Shown: positions 1 through 9,628 of the stretch, in pieces
Position numbering within the stretch: position 1 is the stretch's first letter
How the letters are laid out: each line of letters begins with the position of its first letter
Virus record (IMG/VR): IMGVR_UViG_3300029922_000022
DNA: 61,209 nucleotides
Source: an uncultured virus (IMG/VR IMGVR_UViG_3300029922_000022)
Taxonomy: Duplodnaviria > Heunggongvirae > Uroviricota > Caudoviricetes
Strand: one strand, 5' to 3'
Position numbers and translations under genes: made by a program
The notes under the pieces: generated by a model
Seen by the model: only the letters and a program-made list of their open reading frames with translations
Told to the model about the DNA's origin: nothing
The model's database searches: none

Positions 1-7
1 TTTATAG

Positions 8-496
8 ATGACGAATATAGATTATATAAAAACTAAATTTTATGATGATATAACCATTAATAAACAGTTAAATATTTGGAGATTAGAAAATAAAAAAATT
101 GTATTTACAAATGGTTGTTTTGATATTTTGCATAAAGGACATGTAGAATATTTATCAAAATCAAAAGATTTAGGAGATATTTTGATTGTTGGATTAAATT
201 CTGATAATTCAGTGAAGAGATTAAAAGGAGAAACAAGGCCAATAAATAATCAAAATTCAAGAGCATTCATTTTATCTGCATTGCTATTTGTAGATGCAGT
301 AATATATTTTGATGAAGATACTCCATTAAATCTAATTGAAAACATAAAACCTGATGTATTAGTAAAAGGAGGTGATTATAAAAAAGAAGACATTGTTGGT
401 TATGATTTTGTAATAGAAAGAGGTGGTGAAGTTAAAATAATTGATTTAGTAAAAGGTTATTCAACAACTAATATAATAAAAAAAAGCAGAATTTAA
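8..496 (+). CDS. rfaE2: D-glycero-beta-D-manno-heptose 1-phosphate adenylyltransferase (RfaE/HldE domain II)
   Basis: FTNGCFDILHKGH (HIGH motif), GLNSDNSVKRLKG..RP, FDEDTP, LVKGGDY and YSTT are the signature blocks of the family. Confidence 0.9.
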   Translation: MTNIDYIKTKFYDDITINKQLNIWRLENKKIVFTNGCFDILHKGHVEYLSKSKDLGDILIVGLNSDNSVKRLKGETRPINNQNSRAFILSALLFVDAVIYFDEDTPLNLIENIKPDVLVKGGDYKKEDIVGYDFVIERGGEVKIIDLVKGYSTTNIIKKSRI

Positions 497-510
497 AATT
501 CTGCTTTTTT
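481..510. terminator. Bidirectional intrinsic terminator
   Basis: aaaaagcagaattt/aaattctgctttttt inverted repeat flanked by A and T tracts between convergent genes. Confidence 0.75.
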
Positions 511-515
511 ATTTT

Positions 516-1032
516 TTATACAGTTGGAACAACTGTGGTTTGTTGTGTAGTAGTTGTTGGCTGAACTGTTGTAGTTTCGGTTGTTGATACAGGATTTTCA
601 ACACCATCATCATAAATTATAAGACAAGGTACCTTTGAAGAAATATTGATCATCCATGCTATTTCTTTCATTCTAACAAATGGATGATCAATATTTTTTA
701 TAGTGTCACGTAATGAATCTAAATTGTTTTTATTTACATAAACATGAATTCCACCTGATCTATTTTTACCATCCCAACCAATATCAAAATTCGTAGTAAT
801 AAGTGCTAATTTATCTGTTGATTCTAATATTTTATTCAAATTTGGATTTTGATCATTTCCACTCATATCCACATTAACCTTAAATCCAGATTTATTTAAA
901 GCAGGATGAATAGCATTAATGATATTTGTTGCTATGGTTTTATTTTGTTCTTGTGATTGATAAGCCTTCTTTAGTACCGCCATGTATTGAGGTTTCATTT
1001 ACAAAACCAATAAAATCTTTTAATTTTTTCAT
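516..1032 (-). CDS. Amidase_3-fold-like protein with capsid-targeting-like leader and Thr-rich tail; apparent 1-nt frameshift
   Basis: ATG at 1032 gives MKKLKDFIGFVNE-TSIHGGTKEGLSIT; removing one base near 950 joins it to the 516..998 frame (IATNIINAIHPALNKSGFKV...GGIHVYV...VPCLII), whose spacing resembles N-acetylmuramoyl-L-alanine amidase. Confidence 0.45.
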
Positions 1033-1058
1033 TTTTTTTCATTTTTTTTAATTATATA

Positions 1059-1364
1059 TTAATAATAAACTTTTATTTTTTTAGATCCATTTTCAAAATT
1101 TTTATTCCAAACAATTCTTGTTTTATTATCTTGAAAATCATCAAATTCAGTCCATGCAGTTTTATGCGTACCTTCATTATAACCATTCAAAGTAGATTTA
1201 ATATAACCCCTTGCTTTTATTTCTAATTTTTTATCCTCAGATTTAACTATCTTAAAATATGTTATTAGAGTAGTTGGGTTATCCTTTATATCTCTAATAA
1301 TTATTTTATAATCTACATTTACATATTTTCCTGTTCCTTCTAAAAATTCTTTGAAATTTTTCAT
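1059..1364 (-). CDS. Hypothetical protein with capsid-targeting-like leader
   Basis: Better start at 1364 (MKNFKEFLE), just downstream of a TATATA element. Confidence 0.7.
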   Translation of the reverse strand: MKNFKEFLEGTGKYVNVDYKIIIRDIKDNPTTLITYFKIVKSEDKKLEIKARGYIKSTLNGYNEGTHKTAWTEFDDFQDNKTRIVWNKNFENGSKKIKVYY

Positions 1365-1381
1365 ATGATATATATAAAAAT

Positions 1382-1411
1382 AAAAACTTTGAATTTTCAT
1401 TCAAAGTTTTT
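1382..1411. terminator. Intrinsic terminator
   Basis: aaaaactttgaa-ttttca-ttcaaagttttt hairpin. Confidence 0.7.
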
Positions 1412-1423
1412 ATTTAATAATTA

Positions 1424-1864
1424 TTAAATTAGTTTTCTTTTCATTATTGCTGCAATTTCACCATAATTTTCACTATCAGTTCCAGATAACCATTCTAATT
1501 TATGCTCAATTATAACATTACTACCTAATTTACTCCTCCACATATCACCAAATTGTTTGCACGCATGTGTTACAAAATTATTATTAGAGTATATTGCAAT
1601 TTTTTCATAATCCAATTCATATGAATCATTTTCACATATTTTATAATTATATGTAGAATAGAACTCTATATAATTTTTTACTGTTGCATATCTATCATTA
1701 GGATTATGCCATAATTTACAATTAGCTCCGCTCCATTCATTATAAACATCTATAGCAAAAGAAAAACAATTAAAATCATCTAAATTTTTATTAGTATTAA
1801 TTATTTTCCATTTATTATTTTTTAATTTTGGATGCCAATATTCTATCTCTTTATAAATATCCAT
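1424..1864 (-). CDS. DUF7689-like protein, possible Cys-His (papain-like) fold
   Basis: FNCFSFA, KIAIY, THA, WRSKLG, IEH and YG motif series. Confidence 0.5.
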   Translation of the reverse strand: MDIYKEIEYWHPKLKNNKWKIINTNKNLDDFNCFSFAIDVYNEWSGANCKLWHNPNDRYATVKNYIEFYSTYNYKICENDSYELDYEKIAIYSNNNFVTHACKQFGDMWRSKLGSNVIIEHKLEWLSGTDSENYGEIAAIMKRKLI

Positions 1865-2165
1865 TTTCTGATGCCCATTTTTTCCAAATATTTTTCATTT
1901 CAGATGTTGTTAGAGAATATTCTTCATATAGTTCAATATTGGTTATTTTTTCTAATGCTTTTAACCATATTATCGAAAAATTTTCAAATATATATGGAAT
2001 AGAATTATATCCTTGCATTATTATTTTTTGATAATTTTCATTTTCATAAATAGCATTTAAATCTGATTTATTTCCACATTCATATTTAACCTTTTCTATT
2101 AATTCTTTAATATTAGAATTCTCATTATATTTTAAAAATTCATTATATTTTTCGATATTTTTCAT
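1851..2165 (-). CDS. Hypothetical helical protein with leader MKNIEKYNEFLKYNE
   Basis: ORF overlaps the start of the next gene; YQKII.QG..IP.I..W..AL..IT..W..W pattern. Confidence 0.65.
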   Translation of the reverse strand: MKNIEKYNEFLKYNENSNIKELIEKVKYECGNKSDLNAIYENENYQKIIMQGYNSIPYIFENFSIIWLKALEKITNIELYEEYSLTTSEMKNIWKKWASENGYL

Positions 2166-2192
2166 GTCATTTTTATTTTTATATATAATATT

Positions 2193-3167
2193 TTAAATTT
2201 TAATATTATCAAGTAATATTTGTTCAAATCCATCTGGTAAATAATTACTACTCAATCTAGTTAATTTTCTTGAAAAAATTATATTTTCATTTACTCTTTC
2301 TTTAAAATTAACTTCTTTATTTTTTCTATAAATATAAAGAATATCACAAAGATTACTTATAAATTCATCAGAATCAAAGTCAATATCATCAGGAAATTTT
2401 AGTTTGTACATGGAATATACAGTATTTGATCCAGCATCACCAATACCTCTTGAATCTTCTTTGAATTTAACAACACTTAATATATTATCTCCTGAGTCTC
2501 CTGCAACCAATTTTTTAAAATAAGATTCTTCTTTATTTACTGGAGAAATTTTAGCTTTACTAGTTATTTTATCAAAATAATTTATAAAATCCATATCATC
2601 ATTTAGATCAAAAATATCACCTTCTGTTGTATCTTCTAGATTTTTTAAAAATATATTATAATTAATAGGTACATATAATTTTTCATCTTGAAACTTGTGA
2701 TTATACATCATATTTATATAATTATTAGATATACTAAATTTTAATAATTGATGAAGGTCACCATCATTAGAAACTATTAGATTTGATATTCCTTCTTTAT
2801 TTCCTTCATTAACAATATGAGCTATTAAATCATCACCTTCAAATGGATCTATTTGATATAAATAACAATTGCGTCTATTTTTTATACTTTCTTTAAATTT
2901 ATCAAATGTATCAAATACAAATTCCCAATCAATTTCTAAATCCTTCTTTCTTTTACCTTTATATTCAGGATAAACATTTTTTCTCCAACTTCTTTTACTA
3001 TCAGACACAAAATATATTTTATTGAAATTATATGCATTTGTTAAATTATTAAAGTCATTTAATAAAAGTGTTTCTAAATCTCCGTAAAGTGTTTTTAATT
3101 TGTGTAGGATAAATACAGATCTATACAACATGTAATTTCCATCTATACACAATGAGAGTGCTATCAT
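2193..3167 (-). CDS. rnh: T4-like RNase H / 5'-3' flap exonuclease
   Basis: IDGN, SWRK..YPEYKGKR, EGDD, SNDGDLHQL and GDSGDNI acidic motifs of the FEN/5' nuclease family. Confidence 0.88.
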   Translation of the reverse strand: MIALSLCIDGNYMLYRSVFILHKLKTLYGDLETLLLNDFNNLTNAYNFNKIYFVSDSKRSWRKNVYPEYKGKRKKDLEIDWEFVFDTFDKFKESIKNRRNCYLYQIDPFEGDDLIAHIVNEGNKEGISNLIVSNDGDLHQLLKFSISNNYINMMYNHKFQDEKLYVPINYNIFLKNLEDTTEGDIFDLNDDMDFINYFDKITSKAKISPVNKEESYFKKLVAGDSGDNILSVVKFKEDSRGIGDAGSNTVYSMYKLKFPDDIDFDSDEFISNLCDILYIYRKNKEVNFKERVNENIIFSRKLTRLSSNYLPDGFEQILLDNIKI

Positions 3168-3235
3168 ATTTTTATTTATTTTATCTTATATATTCATTTT
3201 ATAAGTATTTGTTTAAAAAATGATATTTAATTATT

Positions 3236-3352
3236 TATGAAAAATTAAATTTAGTAAAGAAAATGTCTGTATTATAGCAAGGTTATAATTTTATATTTAT
3301 TATTGATAAAAAATATGATGAATTTTTAGAACTGATAAAAGTTAATATATAA
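3236..3352 (+). pseudogene. Relic of the C-terminus of a PD-(D/E)XK endonuclease
   Basis: Reads LNLVKKMSVL*QGYNFIFIIDKKYDEF, compared with KQLACKEQGYNFIFIVNKNYEIF in ORF 24430..26412; internal TAG and no start. Confidence 0.55.
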
Positions 3353-3396
3353 ATAAAATGATAATTGAATTATTAAAAAATTAAAAAATAGTTAAA

Positions 3397-4296
3397 ATGT
3401 TAAATATTATAAATTGGGATAATTTTATATGTGAAAGAAATAGTTATAATAAATTGACCACAAATTTATCTAAAGTTATATTAAATGTAATAAACTACAA
3501 TATTGGAAAATTGATATTGTATAAAAATATATCGATAAAAAATTCTATAATTTTATCAGATGATATAAAATTTTCTGATGATATTATAAATATAAAAATA
3601 TCAAATAGAAATTATGGAAATATGAATCCTAATAGTATAATATTTAAAGAAAATGAAATAATCGGATTGATAATAAATTTAGAAATAATTTTAACTCAGA
3701 GTGAATTAACTTCTAAAAAAATATCAAACACTAATATAATTATTGATACAATTGAACATGAATGTCTACATATTATGGAAAGATATTTAACATATATGAA
3801 CAATTCTGATTTTTCAAATTCTTGGAAAATGGGTGAACGTTTATATCAAATGAATGAAAAATATAAAAAATCTAAAATATGGAGTGATATATCACATATA
3901 ATATATTTATCTATGCCACATGAAATTAGGGCCAGACTTCAACAGCTAAATTCGTCATTAGAAAGAAATAATGTAAACGGTATAGAAAATTCAATAGATT
4001 TTATAAAAAATACAAAAATATATAAAGATATAGAATCTTTATCTAATATAAATTCTAAATTAGTATTAAAAGAATTAAAAAATGATTCAAATTATAATGA
4101 TATTATTAAAGATTTTAGTATTATATTTTTAAATAATACTAAAATAGATTATGAAAAAAATTTTATAGATTATTTAAATATAATTACAAAAAAAAATAAA
4201 AAATTAATAGAAAAATTATTAAAAATTTCTTATAATTTTGAAAATTGTGAATATCCAGATATAGATATTGATTATAGTAAATATATGATAAAATAA
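3397..4296 (+). CDS. Putative zincin-like metalloprotein (HExxH); paralog of 14624..15517
   Basis: IEHECLH plus downstream YLSMPHEIRAR. Confidence 0.55.
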   Translation: MLNIINWDNFICERNSYNKLTTNLSKVILNVINYNIGKLILYKNISIKNSIILSDDIKFSDDIINIKISNRNYGNMNPNSIIFKENEIIGLIINLEIILTQSELTSKKISNTNIIIDTIEHECLHIMERYLTYMNNSDFSNSWKMGERLYQMNEKYKKSKIWSDISHIIYLSMPHEIRARLQQLNSSLERNNVNGIENSIDFIKNTKIYKDIESLSNINSKLVLKELKNDSNYNDIIKDFSIIFLNNTKIDYEKNFIDYLNIITKKNKKLIEKLLKISYNFENCEYPDIDIDYSKYMIK

Positions 4297-4342
4297 AAAA
4301 TGTAATATATTGAATTACAATATAATTACACTTTTTAATTAT

Positions 4343-4627
4343 TTAGTTGACAATATATGTCATATGACTAGCATGTGGTATATTATCAGAACCAATATAT
4401 GTATAATATACTTCAATTGATTCTAATTCATTTGGTAATCTTTCAACTTTTCCGCTGGTTTCATTAATTTTCATATTCTCTTTATATAAAAATTTAATTG
4501 CAGGCTCTTCACCTAATACGCTTTTCAATCCAAATTTTATATCTTTGGCTCCAGCATGAGTTAAATCTATATTATGATAAATATAGTCATTAATAACTTT
4601 TTCTTTAAACGCTTTTATATCATCCAT
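4343..4627 (-). CDS. Hypothetical protein
   Basis: 94-aa ORF at the end of the minus-strand operon. Confidence 0.7.
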   Translation of the reverse strand: MDDIKAFKEKVINDYIYHNIDLTHAGAKDIKFGLKSVLGEEPAIKFLYKENMKINETSGKVERLPNELESIEVYYTYIGSDNIPHASHMTYIVN

Positions 4628-4628
4628 A

Positions 4629-5130
4629 TTATTTTATTATTTTTTCTATATATTTTAATTTACTTTTTCTAAATGAAATATTTATTTTATCTAACTTAGA
4701 TATTCTATCATCTTTAAGTTTTTTTATTGGATCCCAATAATCATATACAAAATCCATGTATAATAAAGATGTGCATGGAGAAGACATTGGCATAACTGAT
4801 ACTAATCCATCAAATTCTTCATCATCTGGTAATACTACATTAGGTTCTTCTCCTTTAAGTTCTTTAAGTTTATTTATTCTATCTTCTTTTAATTGTTTTT
4901 TTTTTTGATTTTCTCATTCCTCCTCCAGCAAGTGTGTAAGACATTATTCTTTGAGCAATAGGAAATGTAATTGAACTAAAATTAGTTCTATTATAATCAT
5001 TTGCATTAAGCTCATCTTGAATAGAATTTATATTTTTACTGCTCATTGATGATAAATCTGTGATATTTTCATTAGTCAATTTACCCATTATTGAACTCCA
5101 TTTTTCTATTATTTTTTCTTTTTCTATCAT
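4629..5130 (-). CDS. Truncated major-capsid-like paralog (~166 aa), frameshift in a T11 run at 4896-4906
   Basis: After removing one base: EKW...FPIAQRIMSYTL...DGLVSVMPMSSPCTSLLYMDFVYD, compared with the MCP AKW...LPVSMKIAAQTIGLDLVAVKPASSPKVDMLFVDFKYD; the restored stop abuts the next ATG. Confidence 0.65.
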
Positions 5131-5144
5131 TTAAATTATTATTT

Positions 5145-5603
5145 TTAATAACTAATATTTTCTGTTATTATTTTTATATTATTAATATCATCTTTCAAAC
5201 AACTAAGATAAGTTTTAATTTTAATATTTTCAATCATTAATGATTTAATAAATTTACCGTTATTTGTATCTAAAATTATAATTTTAATAATAACATTATA
5301 TAATTCTTTTATTTCTTCTCCTTTTAACTTTTTCAATTTCAATTTTCTAATATGACATAAATTAATATCAATATCTTTAATAATATGAGATATATTAAGT
5401 AAATTAATTTGATGATCAATATCATCTTTAGTTACTACTTCACCATAAATATAAGCATCATTATTTATTATATTATTTTTTATGTTATTCAAAGATTTTA
5501 ATGACTCATTATCTAATGAGTATTTAGATTCTATTATATATTCATTATTAATTATATAATATTTAGATGAAATATCATTAATTCTATATAAAAAGTTTGG
5601 CAT
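5145..5603 (-). CDS. Degenerate (probably inactive) prohead-protease paralog
   Basis: IYGE...LLNISHIIKDI...IIILDTNNGKFIKSLM matches VYGE...LSRVSHTIESA...IRLLNTHWGKEAKALV of 17978..20350, but the DHP and SSR catalytic motifs are absent. Confidence 0.6.
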   Translation of the reverse strand: MPNFLYRINDISSKYYIINNEYIIESKYSLDNESLKSLNNIKNNIINNDAYIYGEVVTKDDIDHQINLLNISHIIKDIDINLCHIRKLKLKKLKGEEIKELYNVIIKIIILDTNNGKFIKSLMIENIKIKTYLSCLKDDINNIKIITENISY

Positions 5604-5605
5604 TG

Positions 5606-6547
5606 TTAAATCTTTAAATTCGTTTTTATGTCAGTTACATAAGATATTAAATGAATAATAGGATCAATTGTCTCTGTATATCTTTCATTATAAGATCGTT
5701 GAACATTTATAAGTGATGCTCCAATTTTTATAATATTTGAATTGTCAATTAACATTAATCTATTAAAAAGAGGTCTACCAAGAGCTTTCATTAATTCTAA
5801 TGGATTATCTTGAAAATTATTTAGAACAAAATTATAGTTATCTTCAATATTATTTCTACCATCAAGCATAAATTCAAAAATTGCATCATAACTAGAAGAA
5901 CTTATTGATTTAAATTGATCTGTATTTTTAGTAATAAATACTTCTTGTAATTTTTGTGTTGCACTTCTTAAATCAGGAAAACTAATCATGATTATTTTCT
6001 TTATTTCATCATCAGAAATATTCATTTTATTTTTTTCTGATATCGCTTTCAAATATTTAAGATACATAACTTGCAAATATTCTTCTTCCTCTTTATTTTT
6101 AGGATTAAAATCTACTTTCATAAATCTTGATAATATTTTATCATCAATATCTTGAATATAATTAGTAGTAAGTATAAATCTTACATGCTGATATGTATCT
6201 GAAAAACCTTTCATTGCTTTTTTATATTCTGTAGATACACCATCAAATTCATCTAAAAATATAGTTTTTTGAGCATTTTTCATAAAAGGATTTAAACTTT
6301 TACAATGAGTTTGCAATTGATCTCTTAATATATTAACACTTGTATCTTTTGATGCATTAAATTCAATATTATCTGTTTCTTTACATAATATTCTGGCTAA
6401 TGTGGTTTTTCCTGTTCCTGGAGTATCACTATAAAATATCATATTAGCGATTAAACCATTCTCAATCAATTTTCTAACTCTTGGTAATAATATAATTGTT
6501 TTTAAGCTTTTAGGTTGGTATTTATACCAGAACATATCATTTTTCAT
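5606..6547 (-). CDS. gp44: Sliding clamp loader ATPase subunit (T4 gp44/RFC-like)
   Basis: WYKYQP, PGTGKTT, NAS, LDEFD, FILTTN, SRF and FPDLR motifs. Confidence 0.9.
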   Translation of the reverse strand: MKNDMFWYKYQPKSLKTIILLPRVRKLIENGLIANMIFYSDTPGTGKTTLARILCKETDNIEFNASKDTSVNILRDQLQTHCKSLNPFMKNAQKTIFLDEFDGVSTEYKKAMKGFSDTYQHVRFILTTNYIQDIDDKILSRFMKVDFNPKNKEEEEYLQVMYLKYLKAISEKNKMNISDDEIKKIIMISFPDLRSATQKLQEVFITKNTDQFKSISSSSYDAIFEFMLDGRNNIEDNYNFVLNNFQDNPLELMKALGRPLFNRLMLIDNSNIIKIGASLINVQRSYNERYTETIDPIIHLISYVTDIKTNLKI

Positions 6548-6721
6548 ATATTTATAATTTATAATTTATGAATATTATAGAATTAAATATTCAGAATGTT
6601 TGAAAAAAATATATCATTTGAATTATTTTATATTTTAATAAAATTATTATTGATAAAATAATAAATTGTTTATTTAAATACTAATTATTTTTATATATAT
6701 GGAATAAAAATAAAATTATAC

Positions 6722-7555
6722 ATGAATATAGATAATACATACAATTATGATGATAATTTTGTAAGAATGTCTACTGTTGCATTGGCAAAGGCATTAGGTA
6801 CTAAAATAAGATGGATAAATCATTATAGTGATGGTAGAAAAATAAGAGTGTTGATACCATTTTATACATCATTTGCAGGTCAAGAAAGATTTATGATAGA
6901 TGCATTTGTAGATGATGTCACTACAACAAGAGTTGAATTAAATACAGATCAAAAACAAAGAGGTACAATAATATTTAAGGGAGGTTCACAAAGAGATGAT
7001 GAATTTGCAAATCCTAATCAATATTTATCTAAAGAGAGTAAAATTAATGATAAATTTAGAAGCGTTATAAGTCGTACAAAAGCAGTTCCAATTTCTCTTA
7101 GCTATGAGATTAATATTAGATTAGATACTGAATTAGAAGCTGATATTTGTTATACTAAATTATTAGATACATTATATAATTATAGATTTTTTAGTATAAG
7201 TTATTTTGGACTTAAAATCGATTCTTTTTTTAAATTACCATCTGACGGAGGAATTGATATTCCAAGAGATATAAATTTAGCATCTGATGATACAATAAAT
7301 ATGAAATTTACATTAGAAGTTATAACGTATTATCCTGTGTTTACTGTTAATACCGATGATTACGAAATATGTGATAATGATGATTCAATAGATTGGACTT
7401 TTCTTGGTGTTGATAAACCTACTGAAGATAGTAAATCTAAAAATGAATTAAAAAGAGCATATTGGTATAATAATTTGCTTGATAATAGAACAAAAGATGA
7501 AATAATTAAAGAAAAAGAAGATAATAGAGACAATGAAATAAATAATATGGAGTAA
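6722..7555 (+). CDS. Tail completion / sheath stabiliser (T4 gp15-like)
   Basis: IPFY...ERF, AVPISLSYEINI and FTLEV pattern typical of gp15 homologs; late-type TATATA upstream. Confidence 0.55.
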   Translation: MNIDNTYNYDDNFVRMSTVALAKALGTKIRWINHYSDGRKIRVLIPFYTSFAGQERFMIDAFVDDVTTTRVELNTDQKQRGTIIFKGGSQRDDEFANPNQYLSKESKINDKFRSVISRTKAVPISLSYEINIRLDTELEADICYTKLLDTLYNYRFFSISYFGLKIDSFFKLPSDGGIDIPRDINLASDDTINMKFTLEVITYYPVFTVNTDDYEICDNDDSIDWTFLGVDKPTEDSKSKNELKRAYWYNNLLDNRTKDEIIKEKEDNRDNEINNME

Positions 7556-7558
7556 AAT

Positions 7559-7590
7559 AAAAAATCATAACTTATAAGTTATGATTTTTT
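7559..7590. terminator. Bidirectional intrinsic terminator
   Basis: aaaaatcataactt-at-aagttatgattttt. Confidence 0.75.
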
Positions 7591-7791
7591 TATAGTTCTC
7601 ATTTTTATAAAAGGCTTATTATTAATAGTTATATCCCCTTTTTTATTTACATTTATAGAACTAACTTTTATTTTCTTATTTTTAAATCTACCAGATAATA
7701 TATCATCTCCAATTTTTATTTTCATTTTAGATTTACCATCAAGAGATATATTCAAATTTGAATAATCTTCATATGTCTTTATAAATTTCAT
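7579..7791 (-). CDS. Small KOW/SH3-like protein with leader MKFIKTYE
   Basis: IKIGDDILSGRFKNKKIKV. Confidence 0.65.
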   Translation of the reverse strand: MKFIKTYEDYSNLNISLDGKSKMKIKIGDDILSGRFKNKKIKVSSINVNKKGDITINNKPFIKMRTIKKS

Positions 7792-7847
7792 AAAAATTAT
7801 TTATTTTTTATTATATATAAATAAAATAATTTAAATTTATTTTTGTC

Positions 7848-7876
7848 AAAAAATGAGTTTTTTTAATTAATATATA
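7848..7876 (+). promoter_or_regulatory. Extended late-promoter element
   Basis: AAAAAATGA-nn-TTTTTT-AA-nn-AATATATA with the same spacing as at 17923 and 20366. Confidence 0.6.
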
Positions 7877-7938
7877 ATCTCAGAAAACATATAAAAATCA
7901 TTAAAAGATGCAACATAAAAACATAATAAATTAAAAAC

Positions 7939-8151
7939 ATGAATAAATTAAAAAAGTTCGAAAATTACAATAATAATAATTGTAATGCAAATTTGACAAT
8001 TTTGCATTGGAAGTCTGGAATATATAGACTTTTGATAAAATTGATTTCATTATCTGGAGATGAATACTATGCCGATGGTGTTCAATTAAAGGAATCCGAC
8101 GCTAAAAAATTAATTAATGAGTTTGGAGCACAGATTGAAGAAAGATATTAA
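7939..8151 (+). CDS. Small protein with leader MNKLKKFE
   Basis: 70-aa ORF downstream of the late-promoter element. Confidence 0.6.
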   Translation: MNKLKKFENYNNNNCNANLTILHWKSGIYRLLIKLISLSGDEYYADGVQLKESDAKKLINEFGAQIEERY

Positions 8152-8179
8152 TAAAAAATAAAAAATAAAAAATAAAAAT

Positions 8180-9466
8180 ATGAAAAATTTAAAGTATGAT
8201 TTATTCAATTTCAAAAAGGAATTACCTATTGAAGATTATGAATTAAATATGATTGTTGAAAGATACATCAGCAATTATGATAGTTATTCTGAAAAAGAAC
8301 TTGTAAGTTCTTTAAAAGAAACTTTAGCAGGATATGCTTGGGACACTAAAGTTAAAAAATTAGTTGAATCTTTACAAGATGAAATTAAAAGTGAACCTAT
8401 AAATTACAACTTGAAAGATTTATATAAAAAAATTGAAAGAAAAAATTATGGACAAATGTATCGTCCAGCATTAAACTCAATTCTTAATATTATAAATATT
8501 CAAGATAATGATTCAAAAATGAGTACAATATTAAATGAATTGGTTATTCATGATTGGATTCCTGAAGTTAAAATGTTTTTATCTGGTTATATGAATAATC
8601 CTATTCAAAGACAAAATTTAGTAAACTCAGGTAAAGCTTCAAAGGTATTTACATTAGTAGAAAAAACAAATGATGGAAATTTGGTATTTATGAAAGATCG
8701 TTGGTTTTTAATAGGACAAGATGATATTAAACAAACACTTTTAGAAAATCATATCACAGACATCGAAAAAATTAGAGAATTTAGAATTTTAGAGAAAGTT
8801 ATGACAATTGGAGATATCAAAGAAGATAAAATATCATTTAGATTAGATGAAAATTTAGTTTTAAGCATTTCAACAAAATCTGATAAAGACGTATTCTTAA
8901 ATGAAGAAAAATTAGATAAAGAAACTACATTAGAAAATTTATTTAATTCTAAAATTATTCCTTGGTTGAAAAAAGATTTTTATGTATTATCAACTACAAC
9001 AGCTCAAAATTTGGATAAATTTGTTGACCTAGATATAGCATTAAAAGTAGAAAATGTACTACATCCACAATTAGAATCTTATGTTATAAATTATAAAGAT
9101 AAATTATATACATATAATAATGACGCTAGAACAGGATCAGCTTTCTATGAATATAATTCACCAAATGATTTAATTAACGATGTTCAAAGAGAACTAGATT
9201 ATGATTTGACAGGATTCTTAGAAAATAAACTTTCAAAAGAAGTTAAACATTTAAGAACATTAGAAGATAAAGAAATGGAAATAAAAGAATCAATTAAAGA
9301 AATCGATAAAGGCTTAGAATTATTAAAAGAAAATGAAGTATTAGTAAATGAAGATAAAGCATTGAAAGAAACATTTAATCAATTATTAGTATCTAAACAT
9401 GAATTGTATGAAAATTTGAAATCTGTTACTGATGATAAAGTTAAAGCAAAAAGAATGATTATATAA
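8180..9466 (+). CDS. Hypothetical protein, possible head/core component with C-terminal coiled coil
   Basis: 428-aa ORF under the strong late element; several L-x-E sites; heptad-rich tail. Confidence 0.6.
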   Translation: MKNLKYDLFNFKKELPIEDYELNMIVERYISNYDSYSEKELVSSLKETLAGYAWDTKVKKLVESLQDEIKSEPINYNLKDLYKKIERKNYGQMYRPALNSILNIINIQDNDSKMSTILNELVIHDWIPEVKMFLSGYMNNPIQRQNLVNSGKASKVFTLVEKTNDGNLVFMKDRWFLIGQDDIKQTLLENHITDIEKIREFRILEKVMTIGDIKEDKISFRLDENLVLSISTKSDKDVFLNEEKLDKETTLENLFNSKIIPWLKKDFYVLSTTTAQNLDKFVDLDIALKVENVLHPQLESYVINYKDKLYTYNNDARTGSAFYEYNSPNDLINDVQRELDYDLTGFLENKLSKEVKHLRTLEDKEMEIKESIKEIDKGLELLKENEVLVNEDKALKETFNQLLVSKHELYENLKSVTDDKVKAKRMII

Positions 9467-9486
9467 TTATTGTAAATGAGCAAATT

Positions 9487-9520
9487 AAAAAAAGATATCA
9501 CAATTTGTGATATCTTTTTT
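9487..9520. terminator. Intrinsic terminator
   Basis: aaaaaagatatcacaa-t-ttgtgatatctttttt. Confidence 0.8.
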
Positions 9521-9628
9521 AATAAATATTCAAATTTATTAAACTTTTATTAAACTTTTCATTATTAGAAACCTATAAAATTTAACTTATATATAGAATA
9601 TAATTAAAAGTGAAAATAATTAAATAAT

